64,000 nucleotides of DNA from IMGVR_UViG_3300032236_002285:310001-374000; one strand, 5' to 3'; counted from the first letter of the stretch, positions 39,366 through 48,719 are shown. The notes: a model not told the origin generated them from the letters alone. Translations and numbers: made by a program.

Positions 39366-39514
39366 AACCACACAGAACTTGGTTTAAAATAATATTTAAT
39401 CCTATTTTAAGAAAGTTTGGATGGTCTATTGTTAGTGTATTTGATGCTGATGAATTAAAAGGATATCAATTAAGAAGATATCCAGAAAATTGTGAAGTTT
39501 TAAAAATTAAATAA
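39362..39514 (+). CDS. Small hypothetical protein (50 aa)
   Basis: Not in ORF track. MKPHRTWFKIIFNPILRKFGWSIVS...; overlaps both neighbours as expected for translational coupling. Confidence 0.6.
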   Translation: MKPHRTWFKIIFNPILRKFGWSIVSVFDADELKGYQLRRYPENCEVLKIK

Positions 39515-39867
39515 TGAATCAAAGGTCAATTAATCTTTCGCCTTGGAAAGAAATATCCATATCAACTGAAATACAACATCATACAATGATTGAAATGGCT
39601 ACAATTATTGTTGGTAATGACGATGACTATTATATAATACAAGATGATATTGAAAAGATACTAGATGTTAGTTCAATGCCTAATTACATAAAAGAAGATT
39701 GGATTAGATATAACAAGAAAGAACTTAATCAAAATATTTTAGATAAACATATCAAAGTCTATATTGATATATCTGATATGCAATATCCACCAGATGAAGA
39801 AATTGAAAAGATAATTTCAACATTGAAATCAATAAAAAGACAATTAATTATTAAAAAGATAATTTAA
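39514..39867 (+). CDS. Hypothetical protein with C-terminal tag (RQLIIKKII)
   Basis: ORF track. Confidence 0.65.
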   Translation: MNQRSINLSPWKEISISTEIQHHTMIEMATIIVGNDDDYYIIQDDIEKILDVSSMPNYIKEDWIRYNKKELNQNILDKHIKVYIDISDMQYPPDEEIEKIISTLKSIKRQLIIKKII

Positions 39868-39886
39868 TTCCTTATCTTTGTATTTA

Positions 39887-40063
39887 ATGAAACACTTAAA
39901 ACCAATAAAAGATAGAAAGGATCCATTGGAAGACTTTATACCAATAGGTAAAAAGGATTGTCAAGGTATGTGTGATCGTGAAGTTATAATGACTAAAGAT
40001 GGTCCGGTTATTGTGTGTCATGGATGTAATAGAATTGTAATGGATAATCGAAATAAAAAATGA
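39887..40063 (+). CDS. Small Cys-containing hypothetical protein
   Basis: C..MC...CHGC; TATCTTTG at 39873-39880. Confidence 0.6.
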   Translation: MKHLKPIKDRKDPLEDFIPIGKKDCQGMCDREVIMTKDGPVIVCHGCNRIVMDNRNKK

Positions 40064-40623
40064 TAAGTTTAACACCAATAGTAAAGCAATTACTCAGAAT
40101 TAATGTTATAGTATTTATTATAACATATTTTTTACATGAAATGAATATTCCAGTTGTTGAGAATTTTGTATTATTCCCAATGCAGTCTGAAAATTTTCAT
40201 ATCTATCAACTTGTAAGTTATATGTTTTTACATAGCTCGGTTTTACATATTGTTTTCAATATGTTGGGTTTAGTAACATTTGGTCCTGAAATTGAAGAAA
40301 GATTTGGTAGTAAGAAATTTCTTAATATTTATTTACTAATGGGTGTAATATCTGGTCTGTCACATGTATTATTTATTAATAACCCTGTTTTAGGTGCATC
40401 CGGTGCCATTTGGGGTATTATGATGATATATGCCTTATATAATCCTAATCACGTTTTTAATCTTTATTTCATCATACCAGTAAAAGCTAAATATATCATA
40501 AGTGTATTCTTCACTATAGAATTATACTTAGCAATCATTGGTAGTAATGATGGTGTTAGTCACATAGCACATGTAGGTGGAGCCTTAACAGGTTTATTAG
40601 TTTACATTTTTAATAGAAAATAA
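40060..40623 (+). CDS. Rhomboid family intramembrane serine protease
   Basis: YMFLH...HIVFNM, catalytic GASG, AHVGG; multiple transmembrane segments. Confidence 0.92.
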   Translation: MISLTPIVKQLLRINVIVFIITYFLHEMNIPVVENFVLFPMQSENFHIYQLVSYMFLHSSVLHIVFNMLGLVTFGPEIEERFGSKKFLNIYLLMGVISGLSHVLFINNPVLGASGAIWGIMMIYALYNPNHVFNLYFIIPVKAKYIISVFFTIELYLAIIGSNDGVSHIAHVGGALTGLLVYIFNRK

Positions 40624-40624
40624 T

Positions 40625-40987
40625 ATGAATAAGCAAAGAATAGCAGATATGGTTGATAGAAATATCATAACAAGCCTTGGTGAAGGACATGCTATACAAT
40701 ATATCAAAGAAGAACTTGGTCAGAAAATGAATAAGTATGTTGAAAACATCAGACAATATGATAAGAGTGTTGATGTTTTAAAATTGCTTTTATCTGATCC
40801 AGAAACTATAACACCAACCAGAACAAGGTACCAGATAATGTATATCAATCAGTGTAAACAAAGAGTAAAGGATTTAGATTGGGTTGCTAAAAACAAATCA
40901 AAATTTCCAAAACTTAGTCGTTCTCAAGTATTTAAAATGATTAAATTAAAGGAAAAACTTTCAGAAGAAAACGCACTTCCATTCTAA
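40625..40987 (+). CDS. Hypothetical protein
   Basis: ORF track. Confidence 0.6.
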   Translation: MNKQRIADMVDRNIITSLGEGHAIQYIKEELGQKMNKYVENIRQYDKSVDVLKLLLSDPETITPTRTRYQIMYINQCKQRVKDLDWVAKNKSKFPKLSRSQVFKMIKLKEKLSEENALPF

Positions 40988-41027
40988 TTTATTTGGTGAT
41001 TTGCAGATATATGCGTATATTTGTGAT

Positions 41028-41261
41028 ATGAAAATCACTACAGAAAATAAAGCAATCCTTTGGTCAATCCTTGAAAAATACGATGGTATTTCAGAATATA
41101 AAAACCTTTGTGATTCTATCTCAAGAATTATACAAGATAAATTAAATAGTGATGATTTACTCACTATCTATAACAATCTATTAGAAATTGATATGATTGA
41201 TAAGAAAAAAATTGATGCTACCATAGGTGCTGATATTGATGCTTGTTTGTTCTCTATTTAA
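41028..41261 (+). CDS. Hypothetical protein
   Basis: TTTG(40992)-N20-TATATTTG(41016) promoter, then ATG 41028. Confidence 0.65.
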   Translation: MKITTENKAILWSILEKYDGISEYKNLCDSISRIIQDKLNSDDLLTIYNNLLEIDMIDKKKIDATIGADIDACLFSI

Positions 41262-41342
41262 AAACCATGCAACATCATGATGCCTAATCTCTAATAATAA
41301 CACTCAAAAAATTTCAAAATTCGATACTGGATTTTTTACAGA

Positions 41343-41375
41343 AAAAGAAAACCTCTCAATTTGAGAGGTTTTCTA
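41343..41375. terminator. Bidirectional intrinsic terminator
   Basis: AGAAAACCTCTCA-ATT-TGAGAGGTTTTCT. Confidence 0.75.
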
Positions 41376-42107
41376 TATTTTAATCCAATTTCTAAATTTC
41401 ATTATAGATTCTTGTAATGACTCTACAAAGTTAAATTCTTTTAAGAAGTCCGAAAAGTCTTCTTTATAGCCTTTTTTACTTTCATCATACTTATCTTTAG
41501 TCCACTGCCAGTTAAATGTTAAAACATCTGGAGTTTTAAAACCAAAGAAAGAAAGTACTTGTTTTTCTAACTTAACAGCTTCTTCACCGTTCCAGTTATG
41601 TCCAATAGCAATGATACCTGCTTCTTTATCCTTTATAAGATTAGACTCACCTAAAGTAGTATGTCTGTTTTCTAACCAAGTTAATCTTTCAATGATTTGA
41701 GTATAAACAGCATTCATTTTACCCCAACGAATAGAACCAAAGAAAATAACTATATCTGCTTCAAAAATAGCATTAGCTACTTTATACATTTCATCTGATG
41801 GATTATTTACAGCCGCCCAACATCTGATATCACCAGTTGGATTCTTTTTATCATCTTTAAGTTTAGCTTCTTTTAAACCACAACCATTACCTTTCTTATT
41901 TGATACATTGCCTTCACAAGAAAAGATTTTAAGTTTAGAAACATCTATGATTTGACAATCATCTAATCTTTTACATAATTCATCAGCAACAATAGAAGAT
42001 TTAGGAAGTTCTTTTTCACCTTCCCATCTATTTGATGTTGTTAAGAAAACAATCTTCTTATCCTTTTGTTTCTTTAAGTAATTATAAAGTTTCTTTAAGT
42101 CGTCCAT
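41373..42107 (-). CDS. Flavodoxin-like / NADPH-dependent FMN reductase (iron-sulfur flavoprotein-like)
   Basis: TTSNR..KSS, CEGNVS...C..C, ADIVIFFGSIRWG, RLTW.EN; TAATATATA at 42116-42124. Confidence 0.75.
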   Translation of the reverse strand: MDDLKKLYNYLKKQKDKKIVFLTTSNRWEGEKELPKSSIVADELCKRLDDCQIIDVSKLKIFSCEGNVSNKKGNGCGLKEAKLKDDKKNPTGDIRCWAAVNNPSDEMYKVANAIFEADIVIFFGSIRWGKMNAVYTQIIERLTWLENRHTTLGESNLIKDKEAGIIAIGHNWNGEEAVKLEKQVLSFFGFKTPDVLTFNWQWTKDKYDESKKGYKEDFSDFLKEFNFVESLQESIMKFRNWIKI

Positions 42108-42141
42108 TATGAAAGTATATATTAAATTTTATATATAGGAT

Positions 42142-42711
42142 ATGAGATATTTAAAATATTTTGAATCTAAAGAAAATCCAGAAGAGTTAATGTTGAAGTA
42201 TGCTGATGATATCGTCAGAGTTTATGTTACTTATGATAGGGAGTTTAGTGGTGATGATTTAAGTTATAGATTATCAGAAGTAGTTTGGAACACCTCTGTA
42301 GGTGATGAATATGGTGAAACAGGTGTTTTAACTGAAGATATGATGCGTCAAGTGATTGAAGATCACAAAGGTGCTTGGAGAGCTATTGACAAACTACTTG
42401 AAGTTTATTATGATTGTAAACCATTTGTTGACTCATTAAACAAAGATTTAGAAAAAGACATTCAAGAAATATTTTTAGATTACTCTGATATCGGTCAGGT
42501 TGAAGTTTCTAAAACTTCTAAGTTTAACGATGATAGATATGCTGTTAATATAAAAATGAAAGATATATTCTTTCAAATTAATTTTGAAGAAGTATTTGGT
42601 AGAATAAAAGAATTAGGATTTGAAAGTTATCACGTCGATGGTGTTAAAAACGGTTCTACTGAATATATGAAAATTGAATTTTGGAAACCACTACCAAAAG
42701 AAGAAGAATAA
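42142..42711 (+). CDS. Hypothetical protein with CTS-like N-terminus (MRYLKYFES)
   Basis: ORF track; TTATATATA upstream. Confidence 0.75.
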   Translation: MRYLKYFESKENPEELMLKYADDIVRVYVTYDREFSGDDLSYRLSEVVWNTSVGDEYGETGVLTEDMMRQVIEDHKGAWRAIDKLLEVYYDCKPFVDSLNKDLEKDIQEIFLDYSDIGQVEVSKTSKFNDDRYAVNIKMKDIFFQINFEEVFGRIKELGFESYHVDGVKNGSTEYMKIEFWKPLPKEEE

Positions 42712-42742
42712 AAAAAACCCACTCTAAAGTGGGTTTAATTTT
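42711..42742. terminator. Bidirectional intrinsic terminator
   Basis: AAAAAAACCCACT-CTAA-AGTGGGTTT. Confidence 0.75.
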
Positions 42743-43716
42743 TAGTCAAATAAGTTATTATCAACTCTTTCTCTTAATTTATGAATAGCTCTAGTTAATT
42801 CACCAGCTACTTGAATAACAACAGGGTGATTAAATCCTGATAAGGTATTAGCTATACCATCAATATTTCTAACCTCTGCCTCTATTCCTTTTAACTCAGC
42901 CTCCAAATCATCATATATTTTACTTTTATTAGCTTCTGTAATTTCGTTCATTTTAGATTCCAATTTAGATTCCAAATCTTTAACTTTTTTGAAGCCTGCT
43001 TCTAATTCTTTTTCTCTTTTAGAAAGATCAGCTAAATCAGAATCAATTTTACTTTGAAGTTCAGCATATTTTGTATCATACTCTTTTGCAGACATAAGAG
43101 CAGTTCTATCAAGATTTCTTTCTCTTTCGTTTAGCTCTTGAGATTTCTCTTGAATGTCTAATTCTTTTTCGGTTATAGTTCTGTTTTTAGATCTAATTTC
43201 ATCATCTTTCTTTTCTAAAGTTTTAAGATCTAGTTTGTACTCATCTTCTCTTTTTTCAACTCTTTTAAGTCTGATTTCAATTTCGTCTTCTCTATCTTTA
43301 ATTCTTCTTTCTCTTGAATCCAAATCTGATTCTTTTCTATCTAAATCTCTTTTAAAAGTGTTTAATTCAGCTTCTCTTTTTTCAACATCTTTCATTAAAG
43401 CAGGATCCATAGAAGGACCTGATTGTTGTTGAATTGAAGACATAATCATATCTTCAAAGAAAGGAATAAGTTTTTTACCTAACTGAGCAGGTTGAGGCAT
43501 TTTCTCAGCTCTCATAAATGAAAGTAATTCAACTTTCCAATCAATTGGGTCAAAAAGTTGAGGATTCGCTTCTACAATTTCTTTATCTATTGGGATTGAC
43601 TCACCCTTTAACTTGTAGATATACTCTTCAATTATAGTACCTGTCTTAATAAGAAAAATCTTCTTATCAGGCGATGTGTATTGATAATCTGATAAAAGTT
43701 TGTGTTTAATTTTCAT
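42742..43716 (-). CDS. Long coiled-coil protein
   Basis: About 170 aa of E/K/R/L heptad-like sequence after a globular N-terminus. Confidence 0.75.
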   Translation of the reverse strand: MKIKHKLLSDYQYTSPDKKIFLIKTGTIIEEYIYKLKGESIPIDKEIVEANPQLFDPIDWKVELLSFMRAEKMPQPAQLGKKLIPFFEDMIMSSIQQQSGPSMDPALMKDVEKREAELNTFKRDLDRKESDLDSRERRIKDREDEIEIRLKRVEKREDEYKLDLKTLEKKDDEIRSKNRTITEKELDIQEKSQELNERERNLDRTALMSAKEYDTKYAELQSKIDSDLADLSKREKELEAGFKKVKDLESKLESKMNEITEANKSKIYDDLEAELKGIEAEVRNIDGIANTLSGFNHPVVIQVAGELTRAIHKLRERVDNNLFD

Positions 43717-44419
43717 AAACTATATATTGTTTTTTAATATCTCTATTTATTTTACTACAAAGTGGCTGAAAGTTTGTATAATGATATAATTTTTTTATTT
43801 CATCTTTGTTTTTTGCTGATGATATAGGTATTTTGTGATCTAAATCCCAACCATAATTAAATTCACCATTATATAATCCATAATTATCCCAGTTCATCCA
43901 ATTCTCAAAATTTGACTCTAAATATGTTATGAAGAACTTATATGTACAACCTAAAATATTAATCATCTTATCATCTTTTTTATCATTTATTGACTTTAGA
44001 TGTTTTTTTAAGTTTACTTTTATATTGTGTTTTATTCTGAAGTTAGTATCTTCTTTCAATCTTTGATTATATCTTTTGTTTCTTTTCTCAAAAAGGCACT
44101 TTTTGCATGTTCTATAGTTCGTGTAATACTCATTAACATCTTTTGTAGTTTTACAAACTCTACATTCTTTTTCAGTAACAACTGGTATTTTATTTCTGAT
44201 AGAACATTTTCTACATCTAGTATTAGGAACCTGTGTTGAATAAATAATTGTTTCATATTCACAATTGCAGTCAATACAAGTACTTTTAACTATTTTTTTA
44301 TTTTTTTCTTTCCATTTTTTGTTATTCTCAACACCACAAGACCTACAAGTTCTTTTCCATTTTACAAATAAAGAAATATCTTTTTCGTTATTACACACTT
44401 TACATATTTTTGTTTCCAT
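43706..44419 (-). mobile_element. HNH-type homing-endonuclease-like protein with N-terminal zinc ribbons
   Basis: Several CxxC pairs; WDLDHKIP...HYTNFQPL; ATG 44419 follows TAATATATA at 44424-44432. Confidence 0.7.
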
Positions 44420-44487
44420 ATAGTATATATTAAAAAATAATTCTACTATTTCAAAGAAATCTGGTTTATTTTCAGTATATTTGTGAG

Positions 44488-44988
44488 ATGATATCACTCA
44501 ATAAAGAATATAATCAAATTGTGAATCTTGTAAAGTTCAATGTGAATTTCAGTAAGTTTATTCATAATAATGAACTTTTGAGTCATGATCCTTCTTATAT
44601 TCTTGAAAAGTATAATCACTGGATTGGCTTTGAACCAAGGGTTGAGTATAAAATGTACACACCAGATGATATGATTACTTTTTTTCTGAAATATGGTAAA
44701 AGGTGGGCAACATATGATATGTATTGTAAAGTTGAACCAAGTATTTCTAAAAGAAAAAGTGGAGTTAAGAATATTTTGATGTATCTTTACTCAACTCAAA
44801 GTATGAACCTTATAACAATGGTTGATAAGTTTGAAGAATATATCGGTCCAATTAGTATGATATCAGATACTTCAAATAAACCGGGGCTACATCCTAAAAC
44901 AGAAGAGTTTGCTTTGAAGGTATTAGAAGAAAATAAAGACAATGTAAAAGTTGTTTTACGAGATATGAAAATTAGTAACTTAATATAA
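44488..44988 (+). CDS. Hypothetical protein with C-terminal tag (RDMKISNLI)
   Basis: ORF track; TATATTTG at 44476-44483. Confidence 0.7.
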   Translation: MISLNKEYNQIVNLVKFNVNFSKFIHNNELLSHDPSYILEKYNHWIGFEPRVEYKMYTPDDMITFFLKYGKRWATYDMYCKVEPSISKRKSGVKNILMYLYSTQSMNLITMVDKFEEYIGPISMISDTSNKPGLHPKTEEFALKVLEENKDNVKVVLRDMKISNLI

Positions 44989-45200
44989 ATTAAAGGACCT
45001 ATCGCTGGTGGTAACACTGGAGGAAGTTCGCGACTACAGAACCTAACACGGGAGAATAAGTAAAGAAATTGAAAGTTCGTTTGCACCGAGGAAGTAGCAA
45101 CACATACAGACCTAGAGTGTCGGTTCCTCTATGATGGTCGGGTTGTGGCATAGATAAATGATGGGATAAAACAGGATCGCGGCTACACTTGATTTATATT
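44982..45200 (+). ncRNA. rnpB: Minimal RNase P RNA (type-A-like catalytic domain, strongly reduced S-domain, no P18/P19)
   Basis: P1 44982-95/45188-200; P2 CCTATC/GATGGG; P3 with GTAA loop; P4 AGT(T)CGCGA/TCGCGGCT with bulged U; P5 CTAC/GTAG; P6 GAACC/GGTTC; P15-P17 with GGU; AGATAAATG and ACAG..TCGCGGCTA conserved regions. Confidence 0.85.
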
Positions 45201-45243
45201 ATTTTACTAAAACTTTTAAGCATATTTGATACTATAATTGAAC

Positions 45244-45813
45244 ATGGATAAAATTTGGATCGTTTATAACAAGGGAAGTTATAAAAAGAAATACAGGATA
45301 TTCAAAACTGAAGCCGATATGGCTAAGAATATCAGTGATAGTGACAGGTACACTATATTAGAATATGAGTTGAAGTCCTCAACCGTAGCATCTGACTACA
45401 TGAAATCTAAAGAAAGAGATACTCAACTTAGAACTATCTTAGGTGAGTTATCAGAACATGAAACTAATGGTCTTAAACTAATAGAGCTTTATGATGCTTT
45501 AGTTCCTGTTAATCCTAATGATAGATACAATCGTAAACAAAATCAGATAAACCATCTTAAAAAAATAGTATCTGATAAAAAAGCATTTGCTAACTATTTG
45601 GTTAACAACAAAAAACAATTCTTTCAAGTTTCTGATAGTTTAGAATGGGTATTGTCAATACTTAAATGTCATAACTTCCAAGATTATATTTATGATTCTG
45701 CAAGGTGGGATTCTGTTAAAAGGACTTATGTTAAAGTAGACAACGCATCTGATGCACTAAAGGAAAATTTCAAATTAGCAAAAGCCGAATTAAAAAAGAT
45801 TAAAAAGAAATAA
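45244..45813 (+). CDS. Hypothetical protein with an internal copy of the tag (RDTQLRTIL)
   Basis: ORF track; AAACTTT-N14-TATAAT at 45210-45236. Confidence 0.7.
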   Translation: MDKIWIVYNKGSYKKKYRIFKTEADMAKNISDSDRYTILEYELKSSTVASDYMKSKERDTQLRTILGELSEHETNGLKLIELYDALVPVNPNDRYNRKQNQINHLKKIVSDKKAFANYLVNNKKQFFQVSDSLEWVLSILKCHNFQDYIYDSARWDSVKRTYVKVDNASDALKENFKLAKAELKKIKKK

Positions 45814-45904
45814 TTAAAAATAAACTCAAAGATTACACAGGTGATAAAACCAACTACAAAAACTCGTAGATTTGTATAAAATTAAAAACTAAAAATAGAT
45901 AAAA

Positions 45905-46390
45905 ATGAAATCAATTAAATTTCTGATGTTGGCTCTTGTAGCAACAATGTTAATGACTTCTTGTAGTGAAAACTATTCTAATGGTGAGCGAATTGGTCTT
46001 GTGACTAAGTTCTCTGAGAAAGGTTTCTGGTATAAATCTTGGGAAGGTGATTTAACTATCACTCAAACCGGTATGAACCAAGCCAACTCTGACTTTATGT
46101 TCTCGTTAGATAACGATCGTAAAGACGAAGAAGGTTATGCTAAATGTAAAGCCACTTTGGATAGTGCTGCTCAGTTTGGCTGGAAAGTTAAGGTGGTCTA
46201 TCACCAAACATTATGCAAGAACTGGTTTAGTAACCGCGGTGAAACCGATTACTTTGTAAATCGTGTTGAAGTTCTTGACCGAAATCCTCTTAAATCAGTA
46301 TTCGGTACTGGTGGATCACCTACTACAAGTGGTAAAGTTATTGATACAATTTATGTTGTAATTGTACCAAAAGAAAAAGTTATCAAGTAA
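45905..46390 (+). CDS. Predicted lipoprotein (OB-fold-like, NYSxGxRxG...KSWEG family)
   Basis: Signal peptidase II lipobox MLMTS-C; TAGATTTG at 45867-45874. Confidence 0.7.
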   Translation: MKSIKFLMLALVATMLMTSCSENYSNGERIGLVTKFSEKGFWYKSWEGDLTITQTGMNQANSDFMFSLDNDRKDEEGYAKCKATLDSAAQFGWKVKVVYHQTLCKNWFSNRGETDYFVNRVEVLDRNPLKSVFGTGGSPTTSGKVIDTIYVVIVPKEKVIK

Positions 46391-46391
46391 G

Positions 46392-46604
46392 ATGGCTATA
46401 AGAAAAGGAGATAAGTTTTTGTGTACCAAAGATGTGAATAACTACTTTGGTATGCCTCTTTTTAAGAAAGGCGAAGTATATGAAGTGCTTTGCGTTGACA
46501 ACGAACAAGTAAAAACATATGTTACTTTAAATCATATTCTTTATGATAATGAGTATGCAGAACATGAATTAAAATGGATATTAGAAAATTTTAAGCAATT
46601 ATGA
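46392..46604 (+). CDS. Small hypothetical protein
   Basis: ATG 46392; FLCTKD...FKKGEVYEV pattern. Confidence 0.6.
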   Translation: MAIRKGDKFLCTKDVNNYFGMPLFKKGEVYEVLCVDNEQVKTYVTLNHILYDNEYAEHELKWILENFKQL

Positions 46605-47050
46605 TAAACGAAAAAGTTAAAATGATTATAGAAAATCTAACACTATCAACTAAGAATGGTGAGTTAGATTGGATTAATAAAGGTTCTGCTGATAAGAGAA
46701 ACTTCCATCGTGAATATTATGCTATTGCTGAAGATGGTACCAGATACGAAACTGAGGTTAAGTACACACTAAGTAATGGTGCTTGGCAATTAGAATCATC
46801 ACCTTCTATTTTTGTTAGAAATGAGAAGCTACCAAATGGTGTTTATTATATTTATGGTGGTAACAATGATATAAAAGATATTATTGGTGAATTCCGAAAA
46901 GTAATTATGGATAAGTATTGTCAAGATATGAAACCATCTGAGAAAATAGTTGAAGATGCTTTAGAAAATATCGCTAAAGGTATTAGTTTATCTACTTATC
47001 GTGATAATAAATTAAACAAGATTCTTGGCGTTTTTGGATTAGGTAAATAA
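46601..47050 (+). CDS. Hypothetical protein with tag (RDNKLNKIL)
   Basis: ORF track. Confidence 0.7.
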   Translation: MINEKVKMIIENLTLSTKNGELDWINKGSADKRNFHREYYAIAEDGTRYETEVKYTLSNGAWQLESSPSIFVRNEKLPNGVYYIYGGNNDIKDIIGEFRKVIMDKYCQDMKPSEKIVEDALENIAKGISLSTYRDNKLNKILGVFGLGK

Positions 47051-47472
47051 TGGACTACAAACAAATATTAGAAGATGTTTTAAAACTTGATGAAAGTATA
47101 ACTATCATAAGAGGGTTTTCTGATATTATAACAATACCAGATCCTAATCAAAAACTTGGATTCTTTCCACAAGAAAAAATATTCAAAGATTTTAATAAAG
47201 ATAGTTTCTGGGTTGTTATGGGCAGAGGAAGTGAAGATTTGATAATAGAATCAATGTCTGAATTTTCTTGTAATGTTGATAAAGAAGGTGAGTATGAGTT
47301 CAAGGCAGTTCTTAGATGGTCACCAAGTGAGTATGATGATTATGGTCGTCTAACAATGAGAAGTTACTTAGAAGTTGAATACATTGAATTTAAGTTTATA
47401 CAAACCTTTTTAGAAAGAGAAAGAGAATCTAAATTAGATACATTACTTGACCTTGATAATTTATTTTTATGA
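47050..47472 (+). CDS. Hypothetical protein with tag (RESKLDTLL)
   Basis: ORF track. Confidence 0.7.
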   Translation: MDYKQILEDVLKLDESITIIRGFSDIITIPDPNQKLGFFPQEKIFKDFNKDSFWVVMGRGSEDLIIESMSEFSCNVDKEGEYEFKAVLRWSPSEYDDYGRLTMRSYLEVEYIEFKFIQTFLERERESKLDTLLDLDNLFL

Positions 47473-47503
47473 GATTAAACATAAGTGAATTAAGAATAAA
47501 ATA

Positions 47504-47863
47504 ATGGCAAAAAATACAAACGCAAAAGATGAGTTTTTGAGACATATCTCTAATAGAGAAGTTCTTTGTGCCCAAATTCAAAAAGGTGATGATTATGATG
47601 AAGAACAATCTGTATTTAATCTAACCACTGGTTGGACTAAAGAAGATTGGGATTCATTTCTATCTAACCTTGATTTTGAGTATGACTCTGGTTATGGTGG
47701 TCAAAACTTATTTGGTACTATCTGGTATGTAGATGGTACTTGGTCTGAGCGCGCCGAGTATGACGGCAGTGAATGGTATGCCCATAGGTCATGCCCAAAT
47801 ATTACACAAGAATTAAATAGAGTTGATAAAGTTCGTGATAAAAAGTTAAATCAAATATTATGA
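47504..47863 (+). CDS. Hypothetical phage protein (YDSGYGGQ...GTIW...YDGSEW family) with tag (RDKKLNQIL)
   Basis: ORF track. Confidence 0.75.
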   Translation: MAKNTNAKDEFLRHISNREVLCAQIQKGDDYDEEQSVFNLTTGWTKEDWDSFLSNLDFEYDSGYGGQNLFGTIWYVDGTWSERAEYDGSEWYAHRSCPNITQELNRVDKVRDKKLNQIL

Positions 47864-48135
47864 GTAAGGAAAGAGATAAAGTACTAGTCAAAGAAACTGG
47901 TGAGATAAAAGATGTTGAAAGTCAATATGAAGTAAAGTATATTACTATGACCTTCAATTTTGATTTAACTGATGATCAAAATGATAAAATTCAACAAATG
48001 ACACTTGTTCATGATTCTGAACCTCAAGAAGAAGGTAAGCATTACACTCTTTCTGATGGTAAAGTATATCATGAAAAAGATGTAGTTGTTGGTGTGGATA
48101 ATATCCGTGAAGAAAAGTTAAAAAAGATTATATGA
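47860..48135 (+). CDS. Hypothetical protein with tag (REEKLKKII)
   Basis: ORF track. Confidence 0.7.
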   Translation: MSKERDKVLVKETGEIKDVESQYEVKYITMTFNFDLTDDQNDKIQQMTLVHDSEPQEEGKHYTLSDGKVYHEKDVVVGVDNIREEKLKKII

Positions 48136-48719
48136 GTACAAAATTATACAACGGAATAAAATTCAAATCTAATAACATTAAATATGTATTAGACCAATTA
48201 ATGTCTATTAAGAAAAGGGCAAATGAGATTGCTCTTGATCTTTTAGATGATGAAAGTCTAGCTCTATTTATATCAGCTAATAATCTTTTAGATAAAAATA
48301 AGTGGGAAATTTCAAGAGAAATGCTTGATGCACTAGAATCATCTAACTATAACAAATGGAATTTTAAACCAAGATTACACTTCTCGGTTGTTGTTTACCC
48401 AACAACAGAAGGTGATATCTATGGATATTACTTTGACTCAGATAAACAAGAGTTCAATGATTTATTAAAACCATTTTATACTGATTTTCACTATCAAAAT
48501 CAAACAGATTCACCAACCGATGTGACTGAAGAAGAGTGGAATTTTCGTAGAGAAAAGTGGGATGAATTGCTACCAGGTGATAAATTCGCAGATAGTGGCT
48601 TACAATATAATATTGTAACTGGTGATAGTTTAGATATCTGGGACTTACAAGATAAGATTGCTTTAGTTTTAGAAAAGATAAAAAGACAATCAAAAATAGA
48701 TCAAGTTTTAGATAAATAA
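48132..48719 (+). CDS. Hypothetical phage protein (MSTKLYNG...YQNQTD family) with tag (RQSKIDQVL)
   Basis: ORF track. Confidence 0.7.
   Translation: MSTKLYNGIKFKSNNIKYVLDQLMSIKKRANEIALDLLDDESLALFISANNLLDKNKWEISREMLDALESSNYNKWNFKPRLHFSVVVYPTTEGDIYGYYFDSDKQEFNDLLKPFYTDFHYQNQTDSPTDVTEEEWNFRREKWDELLPGDKFADSGLQYNIVTGDSLDIWDLQDKIALVLEKIKRQSKIDQVLDK

Noticed and set aside
39887-40063. MKHLKPIK N-terminus as a capsid-targeting tag
   Set aside because: It lacks the aromatic F/Y positions and the Glu site, and it lies behind a host-type promoter.
4071-44497. N-terminal extensions in the ORF track (MICIF at 4071, MYICK at 23900, MQIYAYICD at 41001, MISSH at 44497)
   Set aside because: These extensions read through the TATATTTG or TAATATATA promoter elements; downstream ATGs fit better.
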